The notes below the pieces were generated by a model. The model made no database searches and was not told the DNA's origin. It was given only the letters and a program-made list of their open reading frames with translations. The position numbers were made by a program, and so were the translations under genes. Source: a virus (lineage: Duplodnaviria; Caudoviricetes). Taken from it: 61,619 nt of DNA. The first letter of the stretch is position 1. The number at the start of each line of letters is the position of its first letter. The stretch is from IMG/VR virus record IMGVR_UViG_3300037465_000172, positions 1-61,619 of that record. One strand, 5' to 3'. Below are positions 8,886-19,264 of the stretch, piece by piece.

Positions 8886-11800
8886 TCGATTGCGTAGGGT
8901 TCGGCTTCTTTTGCGTACCGCTGATACACACCGCGCAGGTCTGCGCCGTAGCGAGCAATATTCCTGTCACGTTCCTGCGAGCGCGCACGGCTACGCATCA
9001 GCGACGAGTAAGTGATTGGTATTATTGTATTACGATTATACTCCATGATCGCCTGCCGCACCGCCTTGCGTTCCTCCGGCGTATTGGCGCGCAGGAACAT
9101 GTTTGTCAAACGCGTGCGGACAGCGTCGTCGGTCTGTTCGCGCCGCTTGATCGCGCTCTGAGCCGAATATGCTTCGCTTACAAGCGTGGGCTGAAAACCC
9201 AACGATTTCAGGAACAGCTCTTTCGGCTCTATGTTCTTGTCGGCAACAATTACAGCACCTGTCGCAGACGTCACGCCTTCGGCGGCGAAACGCTTCGCTT
9301 GCAGGAGATCCTTGACTGCTTTTGGTACAAAAAATTCGCCAGCGCGGGTTAGCTCACCCTTCTCGATCTCCTGAAAGCCCTTGAACCAGCTGGTCACGAT
9401 GCCCGGCAGCGGACCGCCGAACGCCATAACCATTGAGCCTAGCAGGCTCTCCGCGTTCTCGGGCTTCAGGTCGATGAAATACAACGTGCCGAGTGACATA
9501 CGATCCGAGACGTCGGCTCCGAGCGCGGCGGGTAAGCCCTTCGAGATCAACAACCCCGCATCCGTGCCGAACAGATCCGCAACAACTTCGCGGAACACCT
9601 GATTAAACTTGTCGCCCGAAAGAACGTCCTGCACGCGATCGTCGTCATCATCAAACATTGCCATCATTGCGCCAATCGCCCACTTGAGCGGCTGCAACGT
9701 GGCTCCGAGCACACCTGCCGCGACAAGGTGCGTTGCAAACACACCCGCCAAGGTTTTGATCGCGGTCTTGTGCTCCAGCGTACCACCTTTTACTGCCTTC
9801 ATGAACTCGCCGATTATCAGCGCGTACATGTGCTGCGGGTACTGCATGAACTGGAACATCAGCGGGCCGCCGACGCCGAGCGGTCCCTTTTCTTGGAACA
9901 GCCGTGGCTTGTTGCCCGCCGAGTAGTTGAATTGTGTCATCGAGACCGCGCGCTTCGCGAACTCGACAGACTGTTCGTGGTTGAGCTTCTGCGCACGCGC
10001 TACGTCGTAAGACGCCAGAGCAGAGATGATGCGGTTGTTGACTTCAGTCAGGTGCGACATGATCCGCGAGGCGTCGAGAACTCGCGAAGTCAGGGTCGCC
10101 TGCTCGCCTTCAGCCATCTCACGAAGTTCGGCAATGAATGACAAGTCAATGATCGACTGGCGTTTTAGCTGCTTAAGCATGTCAAGATAATCGTCAGCAC
10201 GGGGGCCGCCGCGTTCCTTGATGTGCTTCTCAACCTGTTCCAAAACGGTGAACGCCTTCTCGGCGGCTACCTTGCTCTTGAGCGCCTTTAGGCCGGCCCA
10301 CGACGAGACCGACTCCGATATCAGCGGAGAAGCGATCAGCTTCTGCGCCTGCGCAAGTGCGGCAGCTGCCTGCATGTAACCGCCCCGAGCCCCCAACCAC
10401 GGCAGCAGCACGGTATAAGGCTGCGTCGCGTTGATAATCCAGTAGGACGGCGAGGTCAGCAGCATGAAGTGCGAGAGCATTGTACCCCGCCGCGTGAGCT
10501 TGCTTAGCTCAACAGGGTCTGTCGTCATTTCGTCGCGCTTTGTGATCTCGCGAAGAATCTGCCCCATGCGAATAGAAGTGATTGTCGATTCGTCCCGATG
10601 ATCGCGCACTACTTCGCGCATCTTGGCTTTTGCTTCCGCCATACGCCAGCCGTGCTTAAGCTGGGCTGTGTAATACGAAGCTGATTTTGCATAGTTGGCG
10701 AACGCCCGATGCTGCAGCTCGTAATTCACGCCGCGACGGTTTTTGCGGTTTACTTCGTGCTTACGGAACGAGCTGTCCGCCAGAGTACGAAGGTAAAAGT
10801 TTTTAACCGCCGCCTTTGCTGCGTCGTTGCCTTCGAGCTTCTGCAGGATCGACGACAAGCCTTGGTCATTTGAAATCGCCGCATCCCGCAAGTACGACTG
10901 CGTGCGCAGCTGAATTGGCGTAACGGCTTTTTCGCCGTACCGCGCAACCATCTCGCGACGCGCTTCGTCTGCCTCTGTACGCGTTTCAGCAAGCCGGTAT
11001 TCAATTTCTTTAACTTCGACGATGAACGCGCCATCGACTTCTTTAACCGAAGCATCGATCGTCGAATCATTGGCGCGAAGCGTGTCGCGATATTCTGCGG
11101 CTTGAGTTTTGTCGTGGAATAACTTGCGTTCGGTGACGCGCTCGGCATACACCGAGTAGTCACCAAAACGCGACAACGGAAAATACGGACCTTTCCATTT
11201 TGCCGGAATCGACGCGATACGCACAATCGTGTTAAGTTCAGAATCGGACAAGATGTCTTCCGAAAATTCCGCCCGCAGACCTTTCTTCGTGTTGAGTTTG
11301 CGTGCTTCGACGCTTGCTTCGTTGTACGTTTTGTCGAAGACCTCGCGGCTTATGCCGTCCTTACCTGACGTCAAAACTGCACGCAAAGCATTCAGCGTTT
11401 GCAGCGTTACCTCACGCTTTAGCGAGTCAGCGTAGTAGTTACGTAAACTTTTGTAGAGCTTCGCACCGTCAGTCAGTTTTGCAAACCGTGCAGCCAGCTC
11501 AGCGTGCTTGACCTTCTTTTCGGGATGCTTCAGGTGATTGTTCAGTTCATCAGTCAGCGGCAGGTCGGGATGAATGCCGTCTATCGTCGCTTCGGTCATC
11601 AAGCGCGACAGCTCGACAGCTTCTTCAGGCTTCTGTTCGGCAAGCTTTGTCCATTCGCGCGAGAGCGAGTCAGCGCGCTCCATCAGCTCTGAGTTCATGG
11701 CGTTGCGCTCGGTGAACGCACGCCAGTATTCGTTCAGGGGGTTGCGATCGACTGCACGCGAAGCGTTCGTTGAGATCTGGAAGTGCTTGCCGAAAAAGTC

Positions 11801-14800
11801 GCGGATCTGCTCCATTGTCATCACGGCGAGAATGCCGGAAGAAGTGTTTTCCTTGACTTCGGCAGTGCGCGATTTCAGCATGTCCCGAACTTCACGCCCC
11901 TGCTTCAAACGACCGATCACATCGTTCAGCTTCGATTGCGTCGGGCCATCGAGGTACATCTCCGATGCCTGCATGTTGCGGATATCGATGCCCGCGAACA
12001 GCTGATCGGTCGTCAGGAGCACTGCATCTAGCGCGTTTTCGACACGCGGCTCAGACGGCAGCCCAAGCATATCGCGTAGCAGCTTGAGGAACTTCTGCCA
12101 GAGCGACTGCTGGGGTTCCACACGAATGCTGGCAAGCGTCTCTTGAAACTTGGGGTTTGAGAACGCTTCAGCCACGAACTCGTAGACATTAGTCACGCCG
12201 TACGGCTTACCGAGCCCACGCCGAGCGATTTCACGTGCGGCCATGCCCCGTAGCATTTCTAAGGTGTACCGCAGGTTTCGATCCTGTGCTAGCTTGCCGA
12301 TTGTTGCCGCGTGCACAGCTTCGTGCAGCAGGGCATGAGTGAGCGCCGCATGCGCGTTGTCACTGCTCGTCCGGATACGGTTAAACCATTCCCGGTTAAC
12401 TTTGATGGTCTGCAAGCCGCTACCGAATCGGAACACGGCCTTGGGAAAAAGCTCCGTAGCGCCGTTGCTAAGGCTATTTGCCCAGACAACTTCCACATCC
12501 ATGTTCAAGTCAAGGATGCGCTGAGCGATCTCGGCAAACCGCGAGTTGGACGGTAGATTACGCCAAAGTGCGATCAGCGCGTCGTTCATTGATACCACGC
12601 CGCTGTTCAAGTCCATCAACTCGTTGAAATTGCGCCCTGCTTCGACAAACTGCTGCGGCGTTGCCGTTTCTTTGAGGAAAAATAGCCCATCATTTTGACG
12701 GTTCTTGCGTTCTTCTACGCGCTCTTCCGTGATCGCCCGAACCCGGCGACGTTCCGCTGCGCTATAACGAAACTTCCGCTTGCGCTCAAATTCTTCGAAC
12801 GTTTTCGACGCTTCTTTGTGCAACCGTGTATAACGCACCATTTCTGGGCTGAACTCACGTTCTTTGTAGAGATTCAGCATAATTTCGCGAGCTTCGCTAA
12901 CGTCCATCTTCCCGGCAGCGAGGCGCGGACCGACCATACGCACAGTTGTTGTGCCGTCAGGTAGTGTGACTTTCCAGCGATTTAGACGATCAGCGTACTT
13001 ATCCGCCACGCCCATAGTTTTCAAAAATTCAAAATAGCGCTCTTCGGCAGCGATGACTTCGGCGGCGGTAACGTTTTTTGAATTGATCGTCGCTCGCAAT
13101 TGGCGTACTGCCTGATTGCGGGCTTCCATGATGCGGAGTTTGTCAAAGCCCGCAGCAGTGATCTCAACCGTCGACGAGTTGCGCCGTTCTTCAATACCAC
13201 GTTGATAGTCACGCAGCTGCTGAGCAGGTGTGCGCGTATCGATGGAAGTAAACGGCTCCAGTTCCGTACCGTCCGGGCTCGAATAGGTTGAAATCGCTTC
13301 GGCGTTGATTAGCGTTGGATCATTGCGTTCGCCAAACCGACGGTTATAACGCCGCTGCAAAAGGATGTCGTCGGGAATTTTCCATGGCGAAGGTATGAGC
13401 ATTTCGCCATCTTTGAACGCGAACCCCATCTCTTCGAACCATTTGCGCAACGGGACGTACAACTCGGTTCTCGTTTCCGGTGCAGTGCGCAGCTTTTGCA
13501 GAGCAAGTGCAACTTCTGCTGTTTCGCGCTGCGTCGGGCGGCCTACAACGACTGCGCCGCGACGAACACCCATCTGCCCGTCGCTCATTACAAACTCAAC
13601 AAGCTTGCGCATGTAAGGCGCAATGGTACGAGTGAAGAATAGATTTCGCTTCCAGCGGCGCTCAAGTCGTGCTGCTGCGACAACTGCACGATTCGTTTTC
13701 GCTGTCATCTCCGCTCGTTTTTCGGGAATGTTTAGTCCTTTAAGCACGATACGGTTTTTTGCGAACACCGTAAGAACTTGCTCGCGCGATTCCGCACGCA
13801 TCATTGCTCCAAGCTGTCGCGCCAACTTGCGGGGCTGCTTGTGTTCTAGCGACTGAAGCAGCTTCGTGACTTTTCTCAATTCACGCAGGGCAGTCAAAGT
13901 TTTCGCATTTGCATTCAGGAGCATCTGCGCAAACTGGTTAAGCGATTGCAGATATGCGCGTCCGTAAATCGCGTCGCGAGCGTCGTCAGAACGCCCGTTT
14001 TTCGTAAGCTCAGATGCGATCTGCGCGTATTCGCCGTCATACAACGACGCGTGAAGCGCAGTTGTCCGCGAAAGCGTAGACGTCAGCTCTTGCCGCGCGG
14101 TATCGAGTTTTTTGACAAATTCCGCCCGAACCTCATCAGAGCTTTCAGCGAGATTTTGCCCTTCGCTATCCATAACAGCCGACTCAAACGGCAGACTGTC
14201 TTTACGCCGCTGATATGCGCGTTCACTTTCAGTAGCCGCTGAAGTCAGGCCGCCTTTCCGGATCGTCGTCCATTTGCGCGCACGCTTGATTCGCTGTGCA
14301 CGCAAAATCAGTTTTTTGCGCTCTGACGGCGTTGAGTATTTCTGCACAAGTTCGTTGTAAGAGCGCCCAACAACTGTATACGTACGATAGCCGGGGATCT
14401 TATCTTTATCAGATGGATCATCTTCGACCATCTTTTTGCGCAGTCCCGAGAGATAGTTCGCCGCGCGCATGAATGCAAGATCGAGCGCTTCACCCGAAAG
14501 CTCGCGAACTTGTACGCGAGACATCTCGGGCATCTCGTCCGTAACGCTTTCGAGCGTCTCCGAATTGGGAGCACTTTCAGAGTTGCGCGTTTTCGTTTGG
14601 ATAGTAGGGTCGAGCTTCTGTGCAACGCGTACAATGCGTTCAACCGCTGTGCTACTCGGGTTGTTGCGAATAAACGTAATTAGCAGGTCGCGGATCGCCG
14701 ATGCTTCCGCCTGCGCGGCCCGCTTACCTTCAGCCGTAGTAGCAACCTCGGCGCGAGTCGTGAGATCCGCGTACTCGTTCCACAGCTCACGATAGCGCTC

Positions 14801-17572
14801 GTTCAACTCAGGTGTTGCAAATTTGCGGTTGCGCGGAAGGTCGAACCCGTCAAGTCGTTGTTTGCGATTGTTACGTTCTTTCGCCTTAGCATACGTCAGT
14901 ATCGCCCGCGCAGCGCGAGAACGCGACGCACCGATCTTGGGGCGGTTGACGAGACGCCGCACAGTTTCCGCTTCTTCAATATCTTTATTCAGCTCCTGCG
15001 CGATTAAATCTTCGGTCTCGCGCATAGTGCTGCGCCATTCACGCACTTCGTTCGCCTTGTCAATGTCGGCGACAGTACGCTGAGCGCGGCGGCGCATGGC
15101 GGCTGGGAGCGAGAGAATGACTGTCTCGCGGCCTTCAGTTTCCCAATCGGCGGCAAGCGCATCAGCTTCTTCCTGAGTTGCCACGAGCGACTCGCGCGTC
15201 ACTGCACCATCCGGAGTGCGCTGTTGTACGACGATGCTACCGCCCACAGGCTTACCAGTACCTGCGCCGGTTGCGTAACCGAGGATCTCCTGCATATTCG
15301 CCGCGCCTTCGTCACGCATGCGGAGTAGTTCAACGGCGGTCGCACGGTCCTTGGCAATGAGCGTTCCGCCCTTGCCATCAAAATCGGGCAGTGGTACGCC
15401 GACACCACGCGTACGTTCAAACGCACCTGCGCGACGCAGCCCTTCGATGTTCAGGCGCGAGAGATAAACGCCCTTGCGCGGCGAGTTCGGATCTTTAAGA
15501 TCCTGCAGCTGCGCTACAACGTCGCTTACCGGCTCAGCGATTGGCTCATCACCTGCGAAAACTTGTCGAATCGTTGTGGTAACGCTTGGCTCTCCCTCCA
15601 ACTGCCCATAAACGCGTTCGACACGAATAACCGCTTCGGGGTATCGCGCCGCCATCTGATCAGCCGCCGCGTTAGCGCTCTCTGCATCTGCGTTTAGGAC
15701 CTCCGAGATGACTCGTCCGTCCGGATTGTACACACGCGTTGCAAACCCTAGCAGCTCGCGCTTGCTCTTTGTGCCGGTCAAAATCGATGTTGCGGCTTCA
15801 GACACACCGGGCTCGGGCGCAAAAAGATCAAGCTGCGCTTCGTCGCGCATCATGCCCGCCGTCCGTGCGGCACGCTCTTCCTGTTGAGCTGCCAGCTCGT
15901 TTTGGCGCTGTTCAAGCGCACGCAGGCGTAAGCGGTCCGCCCGTGTCTTACCTCTAGTCGGGACCCGTGTCTCCGGCAGGCGTTCAAGCGGTTTCTGCAC
16001 CGGCAGATCGGTGCCGGGGATCGGTTGCTCGGGTGCTACCGGCTCGGGCGGGACGGCGACCGCAATCTCACTCCCGCCGCCGCGCCGCCGTGCCCGCAGG
16101 CCGAGCGGCATCTGCTCGCCCGGACGGAGGATTGGAAACTGGTCGCGCGCCGGAGGGCCGAGGTCCAGCTCCATCTGCTGAAGGGGCCACGGGCGCTGCT
16201 CATAGGCAGCGCGCTCGCGGGCGAACGCCTCGGGCGTCATCCCTAGCTCTGTAGGGGCCAGCTCTCCCGGCACCGACTCCTGCCCCGCCGAGGGGAACAT
16301 CTCTCCTTGTCCGGTATAGGGGTCGAACCGAATCTGGGGCTGGATTTCAACTTCGGCGCGAGCGGCTTCCTCGCTGGCTTTGAGAGCCGCGCGAATGTCT
16401 TCCGGCACATCGTCAGCCTTGACCACGCCCGCGTCCGTAGGCGGCTCTCCGAGCGGCGTAGGCGGCTGCGGACCACGTCCTAGCGCAGCGGTGACGCCAC
16501 CGCCGATCAAGCCGCCCAACGCGCCGCCCTGAACGGCTGCTTCGAGCGTCCTTTCGTCCCACACGCGCCCCTGATCGTAGATCTGTGCGGCGAGGTTCTG
16601 GGCAATCTGCTCGGTCGCCGACTGGGAAGCTTCCTGTGGGGCTTCGGTCGCAAAACCTACGCCAAACCGGCTAAGCGCCCCGCGTCCGCCCGCCTTGGTA
16701 AACACCGGCTTAAGATACCTGCCCACTTGCCGCCCGATCAGGCCGACGATTGCGCCGCCGATTACAGGAGCATACCCCTGTGCCTCACGGATTAGCTGCT
16801 GACGCGCCTCAGCGTCGCCAAACTGCCCGCGCAGTTCTTGATAACGCTTAGACTCCATCAGCTCCTGCTCAGGAGCTTGCTCAATTTCGGTAGCGATGTT
16901 GGTAGCGATACTGCCCGTCGACATCACCGCTTCCGATGCGCCGAGATAGGTCAGCGCACCCGAATGCATGCCTGCGCGCAAGGCAATACCGGCAGGGATG
17001 AGCGTCACCAGCGACGAGGGGAGCGCCTGCGCTGCCTGCAGGAAGAGCGACGAGACAAACTCACCGACACCCCCTTGCCAGATCGTCTTCGACGGATCGA
17101 GCGTCGTCCACTCGCGCGCGAGCCGCGCCTGCGCCTCGGGAGACATTCTTGAGACAAAACGTTGGGCTGCAGCATCTACTCCTTTCCGAGCATCCGTCAG
17201 CGACTGGGTAAGGTCCGTCATACCCTGTTGAAATGGAGTTTCGCCTTCTCCGGCGAGAGTGCGGGTACCGTACTCGGCAGCGCCGATGAGCGACGCGCCA
17301 AGCGAAGCAGCTCCTGAACCTGCGGCACGTGCGTAATCGCCAAACGTCGTCAAGCCGCTTTTAGGCGACTTGTACGCAAGACCCCGCACGCTGTTGATGA
17401 TGTCGTCAATGTTCGACTGATCCTGCGCCGGATCTTGACCCGTATCGATCGCACGCCGCACGCGCACGCCCATAGATGCGCCGAAGCCGGGAAGCGCCGT
17501 AGGGCGGATCGGCGTAAACGGCTCCTTAAGTCGCGAGTCAGCGTTCGGGAACAGGTCTTCGAATCGCGCCAT
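8882..17572 (-). CDS. giant internal virion (ejected) polyvalent protein with zincin HEXXH motif
   Basis: 2896 aa; last of three ejection-type genes; Gly/Ala hydrophobic N-region; LLHEAVH...YEFVAEAF; TQFNYS..NKP and QFMQYP in the C-terminal region. Confidence 0.8.
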   Translation of the reverse strand: MARFEDLFPNADSRLKEPFTPIRPTALPGFGASMGVRVRRAIDTGQDPAQDQSNIDDIINSVRGLAYKSPKSGLTTFGDYARAAGSGAASLGASLIGAAEYGTRTLAGEGETPFQQGMTDLTQSLTDARKGVDAAAQRFVSRMSPEAQARLAREWTTLDPSKTIWQGGVGEFVSSLFLQAAQALPSSLVTLIPAGIALRAGMHSGALTYLGASEAVMSTGSIATNIATEIEQAPEQELMESKRYQELRGQFGDAEARQQLIREAQGYAPVIGGAIVGLIGRQVGRYLKPVFTKAGGRGALSRFGVGFATEAPQEASQSATEQIAQNLAAQIYDQGRVWDERTLEAAVQGGALGGLIGGGVTAALGRGPQPPTPLGEPPTDAGVVKADDVPEDIRAALKASEEAARAEVEIQPQIRFDPYTGQGEMFPSAGQESVPGELAPTELGMTPEAFARERAAYEQRPWPLQQMELDLGPPARDQFPILRPGEQMPLGLRARRRGGGSEIAVAVPPEPVAPEQPIPGTDLPVQKPLERLPETRVPTRGKTRADRLRLRALEQRQNELAAQQEERAARTAGMMRDEAQLDLFAPEPGVSEAATSILTGTKSKRELLGFATRVYNPDGRVISEVLNADAESANAAADQMAARYPEAVIRVERVYGQLEGEPSVTTTIRQVFAGDEPIAEPVSDVVAQLQDLKDPNSPRKGVYLSRLNIEGLRRAGAFERTRGVGVPLPDFDGKGGTLIAKDRATAVELLRMRDEGAANMQEILGYATGAGTGKPVGGSIVVQQRTPDGAVTRESLVATQEEADALAADWETEGRETVILSLPAAMRRRAQRTVADIDKANEVREWRSTMRETEDLIAQELNKDIEEAETVRRLVNRPKIGASRSRAARAILTYAKAKERNNRKQRLDGFDLPRNRKFATPELNERYRELWNEYADLTTRAEVATTAEGKRAAQAEASAIRDLLITFIRNNPSSTAVERIVRVAQKLDPTIQTKTRNSESAPNSETLESVTDEMPEMSRVQVRELSGEALDLAFMRAANYLSGLRKKMVEDDPSDKDKIPGYRTYTVVGRSYNELVQKYSTPSERKKLILRAQRIKRARKWTTIRKGGLTSAATESERAYQRRKDSLPFESAVMDSEGQNLAESSDEVRAEFVKKLDTARQELTSTLSRTTALHASLYDGEYAQIASELTKNGRSDDARDAIYGRAYLQSLNQFAQMLLNANAKTLTALRELRKVTKLLQSLEHKQPRKLARQLGAMMRAESREQVLTVFAKNRIVLKGLNIPEKRAEMTAKTNRAVVAAARLERRWKRNLFFTRTIAPYMRKLVEFVMSDGQMGVRRGAVVVGRPTQRETAEVALALQKLRTAPETRTELYVPLRKWFEEMGFAFKDGEMLIPSPWKIPDDILLQRRYNRRFGERNDPTLINAEAISTYSSPDGTELEPFTSIDTRTPAQQLRDYQRGIEERRNSSTVEITAAGFDKLRIMEARNQAVRQLRATINSKNVTAAEVIAAEERYFEFLKTMGVADKYADRLNRWKVTLPDGTTTVRMVGPRLAAGKMDVSEAREIMLNLYKEREFSPEMVRYTRLHKEASKTFEEFERKRKFRYSAAERRRVRAITEERVEERKNRQNDGLFFLKETATPQQFVEAGRNFNELMDLNSGVVSMNDALIALWRNLPSNSRFAEIAQRILDLNMDVEVVWANSLSNGATELFPKAVFRFGSGLQTIKVNREWFNRIRTSSDNAHAALTHALLHEAVHAATIGKLAQDRNLRYTLEMLRGMAAREIARRGLGKPYGVTNVYEFVAEAFSNPKFQETLASIRVEPQQSLWQKFLKLLRDMLGLPSEPRVENALDAVLLTTDQLFAGIDIRNMQASEMYLDGPTQSKLNDVIGRLKQGREVRDMLKSRTAEVKENTSSGILAVMTMEQIRDFFGKHFQISTNASRAVDRNPLNEYWRAFTERNAMNSELMERADSLSREWTKLAEQKPEEAVELSRLMTEATIDGIHPDLPLTDELNNHLKHPEKKVKHAELAARFAKLTDGAKLYKSLRNYYADSLKREVTLQTLNALRAVLTSGKDGISREVFDKTYNEASVEARKLNTKKGLRAEFSEDILSDSELNTIVRIASIPAKWKGPYFPLSRFGDYSVYAERVTERKLFHDKTQAAEYRDTLRANDSTIDASVKEVDGAFIVEVKEIEYRLAETRTEADEARREMVARYGEKAVTPIQLRTQSYLRDAAISNDQGLSSILQKLEGNDAAKAAVKNFYLRTLADSSFRKHEVNRKNRRGVNYELQHRAFANYAKSASYYTAQLKHGWRMAEAKAKMREVVRDHRDESTITSIRMGQILREITKRDEMTTDPVELSKLTRRGTMLSHFMLLTSPSYWIINATQPYTVLLPWLGARGGYMQAAAALAQAQKLIASPLISESVSSWAGLKALKSKVAAEKAFTVLEQVEKHIKERGGPRADDYLDMLKQLKRQSIIDLSFIAELREMAEGEQATLTSRVLDASRIMSHLTEVNNRIISALASYDVARAQKLNHEQSVEFAKRAVSMTQFNYSAGNKPRLFQEKGPLGVGGPLMFQFMQYPQHMYALIIGEFMKAVKGGTLEHKTAIKTLAGVFATHLVAAGVLGATLQPLKWAIGAMMAMFDDDDDRVQDVLSGDKFNQVFREVVADLFGTDAGLLISKGLPAALGADVSDRMSLGTLYFIDLKPENAESLLGSMVMAFGGPLPGIVTSWFKGFQEIEKGELTRAGEFFVPKAVKDLLQAKRFAAEGVTSATGAVIVADKNIEPKELFLKSLGFQPTLVSEAYSAQSAIKRREQTDDAVRTRLTNMFLRANTPEERKAVRQAIMEYNRNTIIPITYSSLMRSRARSQERDRNIARYGADLRGVYQRYAKEAEPYAIE

Positions 17573-19263
17573 TACTGGCTCCTTGCGCTCTCCAGAATGC
17601 GCTGGACGATGATACGCGGATCGATGGTCGGATTGCGCCGATAGGCTTCCGACATCGCGGCGGCGAGACGTTCAGCAACAGCGGGGTCAAGTTCTTGGTC
17701 GAACGCAAACTGCTCCGCTTTCTCAACAAAGTAATTGCCCGCGCGATCAAAGTCGCTAGGCTTGAGCCCGTCTTCTTCGCCGCCACCTACCATCCCAGCT
17801 TCTGCGCGCATCATGGCAGCGCGCGCCGACGTAGCGTTGGCCTGCGCATTGGTGAGCGCCGTCGATCCCTGCACTTCGGCCAGCGGCTTCTCGACCTCTT
17901 CGTACGCACGCAGCTTTTGCTGAAACTCGCGACGGTCCTTAGCGTACTGCTGCCACGCGCCTTCTTTACGCATGTTGTCCGTTATTGCGTAGATCAGTTC
18001 GGGCTGAACTTCCGTCGGCTTGCCGACCGGCTTACCCGTAACTTCGTCAATCGTAAGCGCATACAGCCGACCATTCTGAATGCCAAAACGCGCATCTCTG
18101 CCAGTTGGCAGATACTGATACGCCACGCGCAGCGCTGCCGCAGCGCCCTTGAGATCCCCACCCTGCAGCATCGCCACGGCCTGCTGGGCGTAGTTCGTGA
18201 ATCCCTGTTGCTGCATTTGCATGACTTGCATGTCAACCGCCTGCAGAGCCTCAGCTAGCGGCATACGCTTACCACGCATCATTGAGCGTAAAAGCTGCTC
18301 GCGATGCTGTACCCAATCCTCAACGCGGAAGTCCGGAATTTCTTCGGGGCTGACATTCGTCAGATCGGGTTGCTCCTGCGGCGCAGGAAGCGCGGTCTTC
18401 GAGGTTGCGGCGGCGCGCGGCGCAGCAACCGTCACCAATTCCTGCCGCCTAACCGCCGCACGATGCAACGGACCACGCGGAAGCGCCTCGCTCGGAGCCG
18501 ACACTGGGAGGGCGCGAGTCGGCGCGGAAGCCTGCTTGTCACGGAAGAACCGTTCTGCCTGCCCGAACGTTAGCGTGTTGCCAAGATCCGACGCCGCGCC
18601 AAGCGCACGTACACCGATATCCCCCATCAGTGAAGGATCATCAGTCTTCATTCCAAAACGCGTGCGATAATCTTCGGTAGGTGTACGCGCGACGTCCATC
18701 GCCGTCGAACCAAGCGCAAGCGCCCCAACGCCACGACCGACCTTCGGGCTGTTGATAGCGCGACGCACGCGGCCCGCATCTGCGGGTACGTTACGGTTCA
18801 GAGTTGCGTCGCGCACCGTAGTAGCGCCGCGCGATAATGCATCTTTGACCTGCTGAGTGCGCGCATTGATATACTGCTGGCGGTTAATTTTCTCCATGTC
18901 GACGCGCCCGCCATCCGCAAATTCCGGCACGGCGTACTCTTCAACGACGACTTGTTCCATCTGTGGGGAAACATCGAGCATCGACGAAGACAACGAACCG
19001 TCGCCGATCGCCGCACGCTTGCGATTACGACGGTTCTGCACCCATTTTTGCAGTCGCTCCCACAGTGGGTCCGCAATCGCGTAATCGCTGAATTCCTCGG
19101 GGTTGAACCCGCGATACGCCCAGTCCTCGCGCAACTGCGCGTCTTCATCCTCAATGCGGCGAATACCCGCGTCTCGGATTTTTTCCAGCTGGCGATTTGT
19201 ACGCAGCTGTTGCGCTGCTTCAAGCCCGCCAGTGAGCCCGCTTACGAAATTACCGAGACCCAT
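17572..19263 (-). CDS. internal virion / DNA ejection protein
   Basis: MGLGNFVSGLTGG N-terminus; helical, Ala/Gln-rich; synteny. Confidence 0.65.
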   Translation of the reverse strand: MGLGNFVSGLTGGLEAAQQLRTNRQLEKIRDAGIRRIEDEDAQLREDWAYRGFNPEEFSDYAIADPLWERLQKWVQNRRNRKRAAIGDGSLSSSMLDVSPQMEQVVVEEYAVPEFADGGRVDMEKINRQQYINARTQQVKDALSRGATTVRDATLNRNVPADAGRVRRAINSPKVGRGVGALALGSTAMDVARTPTEDYRTRFGMKTDDPSLMGDIGVRALGAASDLGNTLTFGQAERFFRDKQASAPTRALPVSAPSEALPRGPLHRAAVRRQELVTVAAPRAAATSKTALPAPQEQPDLTNVSPEEIPDFRVEDWVQHREQLLRSMMRGKRMPLAEALQAVDMQVMQMQQQGFTNYAQQAVAMLQGGDLKGAAAALRVAYQYLPTGRDARFGIQNGRLYALTIDEVTGKPVGKPTEVQPELIYAITDNMRKEGAWQQYAKDRREFQQKLRAYEEVEKPLAEVQGSTALTNAQANATSARAAMMRAEAGMVGGGEEDGLKPSDFDRAGNYFVEKAEQFAFDQELDPAVAERLAAAMSEAYRRNPTIDPRIIVQRILESARSQ

Positions 19264-19264
19264 G

